Assembly (NCBI GenBank): GCA_029717555.1
Contig: JAMDHS010000017.1
Span: forward strand, 1-64,000
DNA from: Peribolospora baueri
Taxonomy: Eukaryota
DNA length: 64,000 bases
Direction: 5' to 3'
The notes beneath the pieces were generated by a model. The model was not told where the DNA came from and searched no databases. It saw only the letters and a program-made list of their open reading frames with translations. Position numbers and translations under genes: made by a program. Below are positions 62,806 to 64,000 of this stretch, one piece after another. Every line of letters begins with the position of its first letter. The stretch's first letter is position 1.

Positions 62806-64000
62806 TCAGTCGGAGCAATCGGACGTCGTGCGCAGCTGCATGTCCCGATGAAGGTAGAACGAGGGCCACAGAAATTTGGACCCTTGTTGCTGCTTCCTCC
62901 TTCCCCTCCGCCGCCCGTCGTTCATCGGCACCGGCACGTCCGCCACCCCTTGCCGGGGAGGAAATTGCTCGGGGGCAAAGTCGAGAGTGAAGAGACGGTC
63001 GTCGACCGCTCCCCAGACGCGGGAGTGCTCGAGCGCCACCGAATACACCGGCGAGCTCCGCGGGTGGGCGGCGAAGATGGACCAGCCTTCCTTGGGCATC
63101 CTCCTGTCCCACACCTTGACGCTGCTGTGCCGCGCCGTGCCGGCCACGACGTGGCAGTCGTGTCCGCCACCTTGTTCCAGGCAGTACACACTGCTGTTGT
63201 CCATCGGGTCCAGAAGGGCGAGCGATGGACAGAGTCCTCGCGATCGTGTGCCATCGTCTCTAGAGAGGGTGACGGCGGGGCAGCGCGTGTCGTACAGTCG
63301 CACCACGCCGTCGTACCAGCCGGTCAGGATGGTGTAGGGCTCGTAAGGAGGCGAGGAAAGCCCATACACCGCCGACATTCTCGCCGTGCCAAACAGAGAT
63401 ATCGGGCTCTCTAGCAATCCAGTCTCGGTCAAAGTGAACATCTGGACGGGCGGGGGGAACGGGCGGGGTGGCGAATGTCAGATGGCCCGGAACAAGAGTT
63501 GCTTGGCCCGTTCCAACCGGTTGGTCGGTCGAATAGCTCACCTGAAGCGGGTCCCTCCCCTTCGTGCCCACCGTCAAAGACTTCCGTGGTCCTCGCAAAG
63601 ACAGCGCGGCGCTCCAGGGTCGACCTGGCAATGACACCGAGCCAAGTGGACGCCACTCGGGATCTCTTCGCTCCGAGTCGTACACTGACACGGTGCCATC
63701 TCTGGAAGCGACGGCGATGAGACCATCTTCTGCGTGTAGAGCTTGAATCGCAGAGCCCGTGGCTGGCCTCTTCGATAGCGGAAGATGGCTTGGCCCAGCT
63801 CGGCCACCAGCACAAACCACAGCGTCGTTGTCTCTTCGTCCCCGCCCTCCATTGCCGTTGATGGACCTGGGCTTTTCCTTCTCCTTCCAGCCTTTCTCCT
63901 CTTGCAAAGCGTCCAGATCCAAGAGTTGCACCGCGCCGTCCGCCTGACCGACGACCATGCGACCACCTGAGCGATCGAGAAAGGCGCTGGCGGTCACGTC
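62806..64000 (-). CDS. WD40-repeat protein, 3' part (5' end outside window)
   Basis: MVVGQADGAVQLLD, AVASRDGTVSVYD, LTGWYDGVVRLYDTR, VAGTARHSSVKVWDRR, SSPVYSVALE. One intron at about 63442-63541. Confidence 0.8.

Overview
GC-rich, intron-dense eukaryotic DNA from a basidiomycete fungus (lineage inferred from gene content, GT-AG introns and microsatellite-rich intergenic DNA). About 17 protein-coding genes were reconstructed by hand. They include a GH18 chitinase, a C1orf109/AIRIM-like protein, a spliced COX14-like gene missed by the ORF track, DUS2, VPS53, a DDHD phospholipase, a CRAL-TRIO protein, a GPI-type aspartic protease, an RPEL protein, MTQ1/HemK, a DUF1765-like protein, a partial WD40 gene and two low-complexity unknowns. 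The best candidate for an undescribed system is a compact module at 21.1-32.3 kb: FAD monooxygenase, alpha/beta hydrolase, Zn2Cys6 factor and O-methyltransferase, with a TATCCG motif shared between the enzyme and regulator promoters. Other notable items are a membrane-anchored chitinase with stacked sorting motifs, a recently duplicated RPEL exon, dual-targeted DUS2, a pogo-like MITE, a MULE-like relic and a Gypsy protease relic. Exon boundaries and family assignments are by eye; no database search was run.
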